A stretch of DNA of 40,000 nucleotides from Vibrio gangliei (GCF_026001925.1 NZ_AP021871.1:6137-46136); one strand, 5' to 3'. Counted from the first letter of the stretch, positions 17,440-26,112 are shown. The notes: a model not told the origin generated them from the letters alone. Made by a program: numbers and translations.

Positions 17440-18734
17440 GAGGGCGTTCAGAATTCTGTGTCAGTTAATTTTGACTAAATATCTAAGACGTCATCCAAAC
17501 GACCTTCAAAATGAATCGCCAGTTGAGACAATGTCATATTCCAGTTCTGGATTGGCATTGTCCATTTCTTAGATGCATTCAATATCCCAGCATACAACAG
17601 CTTAAGCAAGCTGTTTTCATTTGGAAAACCACCTTTAGTTTTGGTCAGCTTTCGAAACTGACGATGTACCGCCTCAATAGCATTGGTGGTATATATAGCT
17701 TTCCGAACATACTCTGGATATTTAAAGTAAACCGACAGGTTTACCCATTTATTACGCCATGAGCGTAATACTATTGGATATTGTTGGCCCCACTTAGCTT
17801 CTAATCGGTCTAACTCTATTTCAGCTGCTTCCTTAGTTACCGCTCGATAAACTGGTTTCAGATCTGCCATAAACTCTTTTTGGTGCTTAGATGCGACATA
17901 TTTTATTGAGTTACGAATTTGATGGACGATGCACAACTGAACTTCAGTGTTTGGATAAATAGTGGCAATGGCTTCAGGGAAACCAACCAAGCCATCTACG
18001 CAACTGATTAAGATATCCTCAACCCCTCGATTATGTAAATCAGTTAAAACTGATAGCCAATAATTTGCGCCTTCAGACTCTGATAAGTATAGCCCGAGCA
18101 GTTCTTTTTTACCGTCGATATTCAAGCCTAAAATTGTGTATATCGCTTTACTGACATAGCGACCATCCTCTCTAATTTTATAGTGGATGGCATCAAGCCA
18201 AATGAACGGGTATATAGCGTCTAAAGGACGCTGTTGCCATTCTTTAAGCTCTGGTATTAAGCGGTCTGTGACAGCAGTAATTGTGGCCTCAGAGACGTCG
18301 ATACCATACATATCTTCAACATGTCCTCGAATATCACGATAGCTCATTCCTAACGAGAACATAGAAAGGATTTTACGATCAATTTCATCAGTCAGCTTGG
18401 TTTGATTTTTCTTGATAAGTTGAGGTTCAAAAGAGCCTGAACGGTCGCGAGGAGTATCAAGTTCAAATGCTCCGACAGAAGACTTAACAGTCTTCTTAGA
18501 GGTTCCATTTTTACGATTTGGCTGGTCATCATTATCGATGTGTTGTGCAAGCTCAGCTTTTAAAGCAGCTTCCGTAATTTGCTTGATAAGAGGAGTTAAA
18601 AAGCCATCTTTGCCTGTTAAATCTTGTCCAGATTGAAGAGCTTTAATGGCTTGCTCTAGATCGAAATCATTATTCATGTGTCATTCCTTTTTTATCTATT
18701 TTAGGAGAAATGACACAGATTTCTAAACACTACC
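17440..18734 (-). mobile_element. IS256-family insertion sequence (about 1.3 kb)
   Basis: Imperfect terminal inverted repeats G.GTT.AGAA.TCTGTGTCA lie at both ends. It carries a single mutator-type transposase. TACTAT is present on both flanks. Boundaries are good to within a few nt. Confidence 0.8.
17475..18677 (-). CDS. IS256-family (mutator-type) transposase
   Basis: 400 aa. The N-terminal DLEQAIKALQSGQDLTGKDGFLTPLIKQITEAALKAELAQHI and the overall pattern are typical of IS256 transposases. Confidence 0.9.
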   Translation of the reverse strand: MNNDFDLEQAIKALQSGQDLTGKDGFLTPLIKQITEAALKAELAQHIDNDDQPNRKNGTSKKTVKSSVGAFELDTPRDRSGSFEPQLIKKNQTKLTDEIDRKILSMFSLGMSYRDIRGHVEDMYGIDVSEATITAVTDRLIPELKEWQQRPLDAIYPFIWLDAIHYKIREDGRYVSKAIYTILGLNIDGKKELLGLYLSESEGANYWLSVLTDLHNRGVEDILISCVDGLVGFPEAIATIYPNTEVQLCIVHQIRNSIKYVASKHQKEFMADLKPVYRAVTKEAAEIELDRLEAKWGQQYPIVLRSWRNKWVNLSVYFKYPEYVRKAIYTTNAIEAVHRQFRKLTKTKGGFPNENSLLKLLYAGILNASKKWTMPIQNWNMTLSQLAIHFEGRLDDVLDI

Positions 18735-18895
18735 TACTATGGCGGCGTTCTCCAATCGGTACGCTGCCTTTTTTTGATTACGAATGTTATGGCTCTAAGA
18801 AAGTTCTGCCCCAAAGCAATTTAGATTGTTTACTCCACTCAAGTATCTGTTCCAAATAAGCCCTAATTTTTGTTATGTTTGGTTCATGGCAAGGA

Positions 18896-19879
18896 TCATT
18901 GATTTTCCTTATTGTTTTCAATAAAGATTTTATTTAGTGGGCTTACAGTACCCGCAAAATGTTCGCCAATAACATGGGTATAGATTTGTGTCGTCGCTAC
19001 ATCTGAATGTCCTAATAGCTCTTGGACTGTACGAATATCTTGCCCCGAGCGCAGCAGTTCGGTAGCGAAGCTATGACGGAAGGTATGGCATGTTATTCGT
19101 TTATTAAAGATTTTAGCCTGTTGCACCGCTCGTTTGAGAGCCTTTCTTGGTGCAGAATCGTGTAAATGATGCCGACAAAGCTGATTAGTCAGTGGGTGCC
19201 GACAGATGCTTAAAGAAGGAAAGATAAACATCCAAGCAATTTGTTTAAAAGCGTTCGGGTACTTTTTACCAAGGGCGTGTGGAAGCGAGGGACCGATGCC
19301 TTGTTTGATATCTTCTTCTTGTATTTTTGACGCTTTCTGAATTTGCAATTGAAGAGAACCAATTAACGTTGGGCTAAGTAAAGTTACGCGATCTTTTTTC
19401 CCTTTCCCATCTCGCACGGTTAAAGATAGGTTTTGTAAATCAAGATCTTGAACTCTAATTCTCAAACACTCATTAACTCTAAGTCCAGAACCATACAACA
19501 GAGAAAAAATGATGTGATTAACACCAGAAAGGTGTGACAGTATCAGTTGGACTTCATTTGGCGTAAGTACGCTCGGAACCTTGCGCTGCTTTTTAGCATA
19601 AGTAAAACCTAGATCACCAAGCGGTCTTTGTAAAAACTGGTTGTAAAGGAACGCAATCGCATTAAGCGCGACTTTTTGAGTGTTGATAGCGACGTGTTGT
19701 TCATTAGCAAGATAAGACAGATAGGCTGTTACCTCAGTCGTTCCCATATCTTGAGGATGCTTTAGCTTATTAAAGCGAATGAAGTATTTTATCCAGTATA
19801 TATAGGCCTTTTCTGTTTTGAGGCTATAGCCTCGCATTCGCATGTGTCTACGGATTTCTTCAATGAATTTGCTTGCCAT
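18896..19879 (-). CDS. intI: Integron integrase, IntI2-like, apparently intact
   Basis: Tyrosine recombinase motifs HTFRHSFAT and [16 protein letters not shown]. Carries the IntI-specific insertion [21 protein letters not shown]. By eye it is much closer to IntI2 / Shewanella-type than to IntI1, with no internal stop. Confidence 0.9.
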   Translation of the reverse strand: MASKFIEEIRRHMRMRGYSLKTEKAYIYWIKYFIRFNKLKHPQDMGTTEVTAYLSYLANEQHVAINTQKVALNAIAFLYNQFLQRPLGDLGFTYAKKQRKVPSVLTPNEVQLILSHLSGVNHIIFSLLYGSGLRVNECLRIRVQDLDLQNLSLTVRDGKGKKDRVTLLSPTLIGSLQLQIQKASKIQEEDIKQGIGPSLPHALGKKYPNAFKQIAWMFIFPSLSICRHPLTNQLCRHHLHDSAPRKALKRAVQQAKIFNKRITCHTFRHSFATELLRSGQDIRTVQELLGHSDVATTQIYTHVIGEHFAGTVSPLNKIFIENNKENQ

Positions 19880-20060
19880 TCCCCACCTCCCAAAACTGTT
19901 TTTTTATACAGTTTATTGGTGTTAGAAGGAGTTTGAGTATGAAAAATGGCTTGTTTTATCAGGAGTAGTGGCTCATTTTGTCGGTAGAGCAATTAGTAAG
20001 TCGTTGTTAATAGGTAAGTTGAAGCAAGAACTCCCCAAGATAACATGCCACGTAAAAAGT

Positions 20061-20187
20061 GATAACAGGCCGGCTCGTTTTTATGTGAAGGTAAAATAAT
20101 AAAATTTATGTATATTCTTTATTTTTTAATGGTTTATGTTAGATTGATTGTAAGTTAGGTTGGAGGGAAAACGAGCCGGTCTGTTAT
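20061..20187 (+). repeat. Inverted repeat of about 127 bp (21-bp arms GATAACAGGCCGGCTCGTTTT / AAAACGAGCCGGTCTGTTATT) around an AT-rich core; attC-like or attI-associated
   Basis: The arms match at 19/21 positions. The outer ATAAC ... GTTAT resembles R''/R' cores but deviates from GTTRRRY. Confidence 0.4.
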
Positions 20188-20503
20188 TAAGAATGTTAAA
20201 TTGCATTTTAGAACCTTATTCTTAAGGCTGGGAGTTACTTTGAGTTTATCCATCGTATTGAGAAGTAACTTCTTAACCTTAATTTGAGGTTGAACGTCTT
20301 TCGTGCGTAAAAGTCGTGGGAAGTTTTGTTGGTTTTCGTGAGTTCAACATCAATCAAACCTAATTATTTTTAGTTTTATCAGCAATGGTAACTTTCGGTT
20401 TGTTTTGGGTTATGTGGAGCAGCTGCATTAGGTTAAATAAAATTGTGTGGTAAAAAGCATGCAGTTACAATGTCGTAGGCTCCTTAAGTGTATTTATCTG
20501 GCA

Positions 20504-20631
20504 ATTTAACAAGTCGCTTAAGGCGGACTTCACAACGCTCGGCATTTTTGGTTCAAATTTGAGTTTTGTGATTACGGCGGTATTTTTGAGTGAAGTGGGG
20601 GCGTTGTTCGCCACTTAGCTCAGCGTTAGAT
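20504..20631 (+). other. attC site closing an ORF-less cassette
   Basis: ATTTAAC ... GTTAGAT with internal imperfect complementarity. No credible ORF lies between about 20188 and 20504. Confidence 0.6.
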
Positions 20632-20690
20632 TTCATGTTAGCTATAATTTCGCAATATTTAGTATAAAAACCATAACTAGGAAAAAAGAT

Positions 20691-21122
20691 ATGACTGAGA
20701 ATGCCCAAAAAAATGCAAAACCTTTTTCTCAAACGTTTTTTCATGGAACCAAAGCAGATCTTAAATTGGGAGATCTTATAGAAACAGGGTTTAATTCAAA
20801 TTTTGGACAAAATAATAAGGCTAAGTATATATTCTTGACAGCTACACTAGATGCTGCCATTTGGGGAGCAGAGCTTGCCCTAGGTAATGGTCGCGAAAGA
20901 ATTTATTTGGTTGAGCCAACAGGTCCAATTGAAAATGATCCTGACCTAACGGATAGAAAGTTCCCAGGGAATCCAACCATGTCATATCGTTCAACCCATT
21001 CATTTAAAGTTGTAGGTGAAGTATCAAGCTGGCAGGGTCATTCATTAGAGCAAGTTAAAGCAATGAAAGATGGTTTAAATAAACTACATGAACAGGGCAT
21101 TAACTCTTTAAATGAAATCTAA
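20691..21122 (+). CDS. arr: Rifampin ADP-ribosyltransferase (Arr family)
   Basis: FFHGTKADLKLGDLI ... AAIWGAELA ... IYLVEPTGPIENDPDLTDRKFPGNPTMSYRS closely parallels Arr-2 as I recall it. About 143 aa, with RBS AGGAAAA. Confidence 0.85.
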   Translation: MTENAQKNAKPFSQTFFHGTKADLKLGDLIETGFNSNFGQNNKAKYIFLTATLDAAIWGAELALGNGRERIYLVEPTGPIENDPDLTDRKFPGNPTMSYRSTHSFKVVGEVSSWQGHSLEQVKAMKDGLNKLHEQGINSLNEI

Positions 21123-21230
21123 CAAGTCGGTGCACATGACTGCTAACACGTCACTCGGTTTGCTCTGCCTTCGGCAGTTTAGCAAACCATCGTGCCTTAG
21201 TTTGCGCAGCATGTGACCTAGGCGTTAACC
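21117..21230 (+). other. attC of the arr cassette
   Basis: ATCTAAC overlaps the stop codon; the site runs to GTTAACC. Confidence 0.65.
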
Positions 21231-21244
21231 CCTAAGGAAGTATC

Positions 21245-21718
21245 GTGAAACTATCACTAATGGCAGCAATTTCGAAGAATGGAGTTATCGGAAATGGCCC
21301 AGATATTCCATGGAGTGCCAAAGGGGAACAATTACTCTTCAAAGCGATTACCTATAATCAGTGGCTTTTGGTAGGCCGAAAGACTTTCGAGTCAATGGGG
21401 GCTTTACCCAACCGAAAATATGCCGTTGTAACTCGTTCAAGCTTCACTTCCAGTGATGAGAATGTATTGGTATTTCCATCTATCGATGAAGCGCTAAATC
21501 ATCTGAAGACGATAACGGATCATGTGATTGTGTCTGGTGGTGGTGAAATATACAAAAGCCTGATCGATAAAGCTGATACTTTACATATTTCAACAATCGA
21601 CATTGAGCCAGAAGGTGATGTCTATTTTCCAGAAATCCCCGGTAGTTTTAGGCCAGTTTTTAGCCAAGACTTCGTGTCTAACATAAATTATAGTTACCAA
21701 ATCTGGCAAAAGGGTTAA
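21245..21718 (+). CDS. dfrA: Trimethoprim-resistant dihydrofolate reductase, DfrA1 family (dfrA1/dfrA15-like)
   Basis: GTG start. [67 protein letters not shown]... is near-identical to DfrA1-group sequences from memory. Confidence 0.92.
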   Translation: MKLSLMAAISKNGVIGNGPDIPWSAKGEQLLFKAITYNQWLLVGRKTFESMGALPNRKYAVVTRSSFTSSDENVLVFPSIDEALNHLKTITDHVIVSGGGEIYKSLIDKADTLHISTIDIEPEGDVYFPEIPGSFRPVFSQDFVSNINYSYQIWQKG

Positions 21719-21816
21719 CAAGTGGCAGCAACTGACCGCCAAAAGTGTCACTTGTTTTGCCAAAAAGCCGGCAAAACAAGCGCCAATTTTGTCGGCAGCT
21801 GTGCCAGGCGTTAGAC
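21713..21816 (+). other. attC of the dfrA cassette
   Basis: GGTTAAC overlaps the stop codon; the site runs to GTTAGAC, immediately before the aadA start context GTTAGACATCATGAGGGA. Confidence 0.7.
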
Positions 21817-21819
21817 ATC

Positions 21820-22617
21820 ATGAGGGACTCAGTGACCGCCGAAATTTCGACGCAACTATCCAAGGTGCTTAGTGTTATCGAGCACCATCTGGAACCGACG
21901 TTGCTTGCCGTACATTTGTACGGCTCCGCAGTGGATGGCGGCCTGAAGCCATACAGTGATATTGATTTGCTGGTTACTGTGACCGCAAGGCTTGATGACA
22001 CAACGCGGCGAGCTTTGTTCAACGATCTTTTGGAGGTTTCGGCTTTCCCAGGCGAGAGTGAGATTCTCCGCGCTATAGAAGTCACCATTGTCGTGCACGA
22101 AGACATTATGCCGTGGCGTTATCCAGCCAAGCGCGAACTGCAATTTGGAGAATGGCAGCGCAATGACATTCTTGCGGGTATCTTCGAGCCAGCCACGATC
22201 GACATCGATCTGGCTATCTTGCTAACGAAAGCGAGAGAACATAGCGTGGCTTTGGTAGGTCCGGCGGCGGAGGAACTCTTTGATCCAGTTCCTGAACAAG
22301 ATCTAATCAAGGCGCTGAATGAAACCTTGAAGCTATGGAACTCGCAGCCCGACTGGGCCGGCGATGAGCGAAATGTAGTGCTTACGTTGTCCCGCATTTG
22401 GTACAGCGCAGCAACTGGTAAAATCGCGCCGAAGGATGTCGCTGCCAACTGGGCAATGGAACATCTACCTGCCCAGCATCAGTCTGTCTTGCTTGAAGCT
22501 AGACAGGCTTATCTTGGGCAAGAGGAAGATCGCTCGGTCTTGCGCGCAGATAAGTTGGAAGAATTTATTCACTTCATGAAAAGCGAGATCACCAAGGTGC
22601 TCGGCAATGATGTCTAA
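21820..22617 (+). CDS. aadA: Aminoglycoside (3'')(9) adenylyltransferase, AadA family (streptomycin/spectinomycin)
   Basis: MRDSVTAEISTQLSKVLSVIEHHLEPTLLAVHLYGSAVDGGLKPYSDIDLLVTV... is colinear with AadA1. The track start at 21745 reads through the attC and is rejected. Confidence 0.92.
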   Translation: MRDSVTAEISTQLSKVLSVIEHHLEPTLLAVHLYGSAVDGGLKPYSDIDLLVTVTARLDDTTRRALFNDLLEVSAFPGESEILRAIEVTIVVHEDIMPWRYPAKRELQFGEWQRNDILAGIFEPATIDIDLAILLTKAREHSVALVGPAAEELFDPVPEQDLIKALNETLKLWNSQPDWAGDERNVVLTLSRIWYSAATGKIAPKDVAANWAMEHLPAQHQSVLLEARQAYLGQEEDRSVLRADKLEEFIHFMKSEITKVLGNDV

Positions 22618-22671
22618 CAATGCGTTCAAGCCGATGCCGCTTCGCGGCACGACTTAACTTCGGCGTTATAC
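22612..22671 (+). other. attC of the aadA cassette (60 bp, aadA1-type)
   Basis: GTCTAACAATGCGTTCAAGCCGATGCCGCTTCGCGGCACGACTTAACTTCGGCGTTATAC resembles the classical aadA1 59-base element. Confidence 0.8.
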
Positions 22672-22689
22672 CCCTACGAGGAGGTTTTC

Positions 22690-23058
22690 ATGAAACGTAC
22701 TTTTTCTGAGCGAGTAGCCCCTTACGTTGAGACCGAGCTAGCGAGAGCGAGACGGGCAAGGTCAGCCGGTGATACTCAGCAAGAATTCGCCCATCTGGAA
22801 CGGGCGCATGTGCTTGGGCAGGAATCAACGTATTGGCATGTCAAGGTCCACGCTCTGATGTTGGTGTGGGCTACTCGCAACCATTCAATCCGAGAAACGC
22901 TGGGGCAGGTTTTCCGAATTGTTGGTGCTGCGACTAAGACCGCATTCGGTTTGGTCCCGCAAGGCAATACCGGTGGTGCAAATGTCAGTCCGTTCAAGAA
23001 AATGCCAATAGCGCCGGAGTTGGCCACTTTGATTCATAAGGCAAAGTCCGGTGTATAA
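22690..23058 (+). CDS. DUF3703-family protein (gene cassette, unknown function)
   Basis: FAHLERAHVLGQ and GQVFRIVGAATKTAFGLVPQGNTGGANVSPF match the DUF3703 pattern as I recall it. Confidence 0.65.
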   Translation: MKRTFSERVAPYVETELARARRARSAGDTQQEFAHLERAHVLGQESTYWHVKVHALMLVWATRNHSIRETLGQVFRIVGAATKTAFGLVPQGNTGGANVSPFKKMPIAPELATLIHKAKSGV

Positions 23059-23130
23059 CCATACGCGTCACTCGGACGGCCTTTTCTCCGCTACGCTCCG
23101 TAAAGTCCGCCGGTGCGCTCTGCGTTAGCT
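23053..23130 (+). other. attC of the DUF3703 cassette
   Basis: GTATAAC overlaps the stop codon; the site runs to GTTAGCT. Confidence 0.6.
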
Positions 23131-23182
23131 GTACGAAACCTCAGCCTCGGAAAGTGCGGAAAATCCAATCAAGGAGAAAATT

Positions 23183-23542
23183 ATGCAAGAAATAATCAAA
23201 AAAACCTTTGGCGGCCTTTCCGCTCAATACTATATCCGCCAATTATTCTTTGGATCCCTATTTGCAGCCCTGATAATTTATGTAGTAATCAACGGTGGAA
23301 AGCCTATTCAATTCAGCATGATTGCGCTGCTTGCAATCAACACACTTCTTTATCCTTACTCGCGTTTTGTCTATGAGAGCGTTGTCGGCTTTATCATGGG
23401 AAATAACGTGTTCTTTGTAAATGCCATACTCATGATCATCGTGAAAATATTTACAATGCTGCTTTGCTGGAGCTTTGCAATATTTATTGCCCCTATTGGG
23501 CTAGCCTACCTTTACTACCACCACAGCAAAACCGCCAGCTAA
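23183..23542 (+). CDS. Small polytopic membrane protein resembling pore-forming-colicin (E1-type) immunity proteins
   Basis: 119 aa with three TM helices. YYIRQLFFG ... LLYPYSRFVYESVVGFIMG parallels YYIKNILFG ... ILCPYSKYAIEYIAFNFI of colicin E1 immunity protein (from memory). RBS is AAGGAGAA. Confidence 0.5.
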   Translation: MQEIIKKTFGGLSAQYYIRQLFFGSLFAALIIYVVINGGKPIQFSMIALLAINTLLYPYSRFVYESVVGFIMGNNVFFVNAILMIIVKIFTMLLCWSFAIFIAPIGLAYLYYHHSKTAS

Positions 23543-23612
23543 CAACTGGCTCAAATCGTTCGCTTCGCTCACTGGGACGGGCTAAACCCCGCCCCTTAGC
23601 CAAACGTTACTT
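23537..23612 (+). other. attC of the immunity-like cassette (last recognisable attC)
   Basis: AGCTAAC overlaps the stop codon; the site runs to GTTACTT. Confidence 0.55.
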
Positions 23613-23674
23613 TCCCATACTTCAGTTAATCCGTTACCTCCTAATTTACTAAAATATATAACTCGTTTTTGTCC

Positions 23675-25842
23675 GTGCGACCTGAAGTCGTATGAAGCGT
23701 TGTTCACCACGATAAGAGTGGACCATCTGTATCACCAGATGACCCTAGGATTCTGAATAAAGCAGCGAATCCGACAATGTAACGAAACTCGGTTGTTAGA
23801 CTGAGTGGGAACTGAATCGTGAGAGAACGTTCCTCCTGATAACCACAAATCGGGTAAGTGCTAGGGTGTCAGTATGATGAACGTAAGTGAATCCATGTAA
23901 GGCGCGTTATACGATGAAGCAGCGGAAGTGGTTTGTACGCTGTGGCCAAAAAGGCAATGAGAGCCGGAAAGAAGTTGGACAGTACTCTTTCGTGATCGAT
24001 GTGCTCTCCGCACTATAGTGGGCATCTAACCTGATATTTTGCGCGACATACGGAACAGGGTAAGCCTGTATATCTCCCTTCGGGAAAGCAGTCTGCGAAG
24101 ACTGCCGATAGGTATGCAGGTAAAGGAGGTTAGAAAAAGCAAATGCCACTTTGTAATGAAGTGGATACAGGTTTATATCTGGCGCGAAAGCGAGCTGACT
24201 TCTAACTGGTCTCCCGTTGCAAGATGATTTGAAGAACTTTATTTAAGGAGAAACGCAAATGGTGGCTTTATTAGAAGTTAGTGCCTCTCCTAACAGTATT
24301 CAATGGCAATCCATCGATTGGAAGGCTGTCGAGTTGCACGTATTAAAGCTTCAAATGCGCATTGCAAAAGCAACCCGAGAGGGAAAACACAGTAAAGCGA
24401 GAGCTTTGCAGTGGATCTTAACACACTCAAGATCAGCTAAATTACTGGCTGTGAAGCGAGTGTCTCAAAACAAAGGCAGTAAGACACCCGGAATAGATGG
24501 AGTCATCTGGAATACAGATGCTCGTCGAATGACCGCAGTAGATCAATTGAATCGTAAAGGTTATCGAGCCAAACCACTCAGACGCATCTACATCCCGAAA
24601 AAGAACGGCAAACTTAGACCTCTAGGCATTCCATGCATGATAGATAGAGCGCAACAGGCGCTGTATTTACTTGCTTTGGAGCCGATATCGGAAACGATAG
24701 CTGATCCTAACAGCTACGGTTTTCGTCCGAATCGCAGTACTGCTGACGCTATAGCACAATGCTTTAAATGTTTGTGTCTTAAGCGCTCAGGTAAATGGGT
24801 TTTGGAGGGGGATATTAAAGCTTGCTTCGACAAAATCGGGCATGAATGGCTAATTGAAAATGTTCAAATAGACAAACGAATGCTAAAGCAGTGGCTAGGC
24901 TCAGGCTATATTGATAAAGGTTTGTTTTACCGAACATCGGAGGGAACTCCGCAAGGCGGAATTATCTCACCAACACTTATGTTACTGACACTTGCGGGCT
25001 TAGAAAAGCTTGTAAAGGAAGTAGACAAGAGCTCGGGAGAACGAGTTAACTTCATCGGTTATGCGGATGATTTTATAATAACCGGATCATCAAAAGATGT
25101 TCTTATCAATGAAATCAAACCTCGGTTAATTGGTTTTCTAAAAGAAAGAGGGTTGGCACTCTCTGAAGAGAAAACACACCTTACTCATATAGATGATGGC
25201 TTTGACTTTTTAGGTTTTAACCTCAGGAAGTACAAAGGTAAATTGCTCATCAAACCGAGTAAAACTAACGTTCTCTCTTTCTTGGGAAACTTGCGTGAAC
25301 TCATCAAGAAGCACGCAACAATGCCAGTCAATGATCTTATCAGACTATTGAATCCTAAATTGAAAGGTTGGGCGAATTATTATCGTCACTGCGTTGCAAA
25401 ACGAACTTTCGGCTATCTCGGTCATCAAATCTTCTGGCTTCTGTGGCGATGGGCGGTTAGACGCCATCCTACTAAGCCAAAAGACTGGGTCAGGCGCAAA
25501 TACTACATGAATAGAAGTGGTGGTTGGCAATTTCACGGTTGGCAGAAAATCGCGAACATGGACTGTCATTACAACTTAGTTCAAATAGCGAAAACGCCGA
25601 TTAAAAGACATGTGAAGATCCGAAGTGCGGCTACACCGTTCGACCCCCAATACCAAGATTACTTGGCAAAGAGGAAATCGAAAAAGGAAAGTCGTCACTC
25701 ATGGTTGGAGCCTGCTTTAACTGCTATCTAGGTTGCTGGGTAACGTAATACGCCTTAGTGGAGGCTTGAGCCGTATGCAGTGAAAGTTGCACGTACGGTT
25801 CTTAGGAGGGCGGCACTTGGTAACAGGTGTCGCCTATCCGAC
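23675..25842 (+). mobile_element. Bacterial group II intron (about 2.17 kb) with intron-encoded RT/maturase
   Basis: 5' GTGCG at 23675. Domain V GAGCCGTATGCAGTGAAAGTTGCACGTACGGTTC lies at about 25767-25800. The domain VI stem GGCGGCAC / GTGTCGCC has a bulged A 7 nt from a 3' end ...TCCGAC. Confidence 0.85.
24259..25731 (+). CDS. Group II intron reverse transcriptase/maturase (no endonuclease domain evident)
   Basis: RT motifs include RRIYIPKKNGKLRPLGIP and YADDFII. A maturase (X) domain follows. The protein ends without an HNH/En region. Confidence 0.9.
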   Translation: MVALLEVSASPNSIQWQSIDWKAVELHVLKLQMRIAKATREGKHSKARALQWILTHSRSAKLLAVKRVSQNKGSKTPGIDGVIWNTDARRMTAVDQLNRKGYRAKPLRRIYIPKKNGKLRPLGIPCMIDRAQQALYLLALEPISETIADPNSYGFRPNRSTADAIAQCFKCLCLKRSGKWVLEGDIKACFDKIGHEWLIENVQIDKRMLKQWLGSGYIDKGLFYRTSEGTPQGGIISPTLMLLTLAGLEKLVKEVDKSSGERVNFIGYADDFIITGSSKDVLINEIKPRLIGFLKERGLALSEEKTHLTHIDDGFDFLGFNLRKYKGKLLIKPSKTNVLSFLGNLRELIKKHATMPVNDLIRLLNPKLKGWANYYRHCVAKRTFGYLGHQIFWLLWRWAVRRHPTKPKDWVRRKYYMNRSGGWQFHGWQKIANMDCHYNLVQIAKTPIKRHVKIRSAATPFDPQYQDYLAKRKSKKESRHSWLEPALTAI

Positions 25843-26057
25843 AGAAACGTGTTTGAATGGGACCGCTCAATCTGTGGATGCCCAAGACAACCAGTATGAT
25901 ACTTTATTACTCAGTTGTAGCATGACTCAGACTTTGTAGTAGGAATTAGTATGAATCTTTATTTCTGGGTGAGTATCATTTAAAACGGTACAAACAGGGT
26001 TACTTGACTGCTTAGTACAAACTTTATTCCTCTCCTACAGAACCACAAAAACAAAAC

Positions 26058-26086
26058 CCACAAATGAATTTTTTGTGGGCTATATA
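26058..26086 (-). terminator. Terminator for the minus-strand small gene
   Basis: CCCACAAA / TTTGTGGG hairpin. On the minus strand it is followed by a TTTTGTTTTTG run. Confidence 0.6.
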
Positions 26087-26112
26087 GTTAAGGTTGCAGG
26101 TAAGAAATTTTC

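Larger units (their letters stand above)
18896..23612 (+). mobile_element. Integron: intI, attI region and a cassette array with at least six attC sites
   Basis: A divergent IntI gene sits next to a series of cassettes. Each cassette is bounded by RYYYAAC ... GTTRRRY imperfect inverted repeats. Confidence 0.85.

Noticed and set aside
17375-17762. Plus-strand ORFs 17375-17572 and 17511-17762
   Set aside because: They cross the IS256 terminal repeat or lie antisense to the transposase gene.
20553-20744. Minus-strand ORF 20553-20744
   Set aside because: It spans an attC site and the 5' end of arr on the opposite strand. It is not a plausible cassette gene.
21745-21819. Upstream extension of aadA given by the track (start 21745)
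   Set aside because: The extension reads through the dfrA attC. The canonical cassette junction GTTAGACATCATGAGGGA places the real start at 21820.
21678-22448. Three long minus-strand ORFs (21678-22106, 21856-22143, 22119-22448) in the ORF track
   Set aside because: They lie antisense inside the unambiguous aadA gene and dfrA attC. This GC-richer cassette has few stop codons on the opposite strand. They have no RBS and no recognisable motifs.
23113-23376. Plus-strand ORF 23113-23376, and 23464-23652
   Set aside because: Both overlap an attC site and sit out of frame with the better-supported immunity-like gene (good RBS, membrane topology). They are likely spurious.
23537-23680. Group II intron as a classical attC-inserted (IIC-attC) intron
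   Set aside because: The intron 5' end is 63 nt beyond the attC core, and the intron is co-oriented with the cassettes. The classical configuration is therefore not what the sequence shows; this is kept as an open question in the findings.
23907-24227. ORFs 23907-24149 (minus) and 24039-24227 (plus)
   Set aside because: They fall inside ribozyme domains I-III of the group II intron, upstream of the RT ORF. There is no coding signal.
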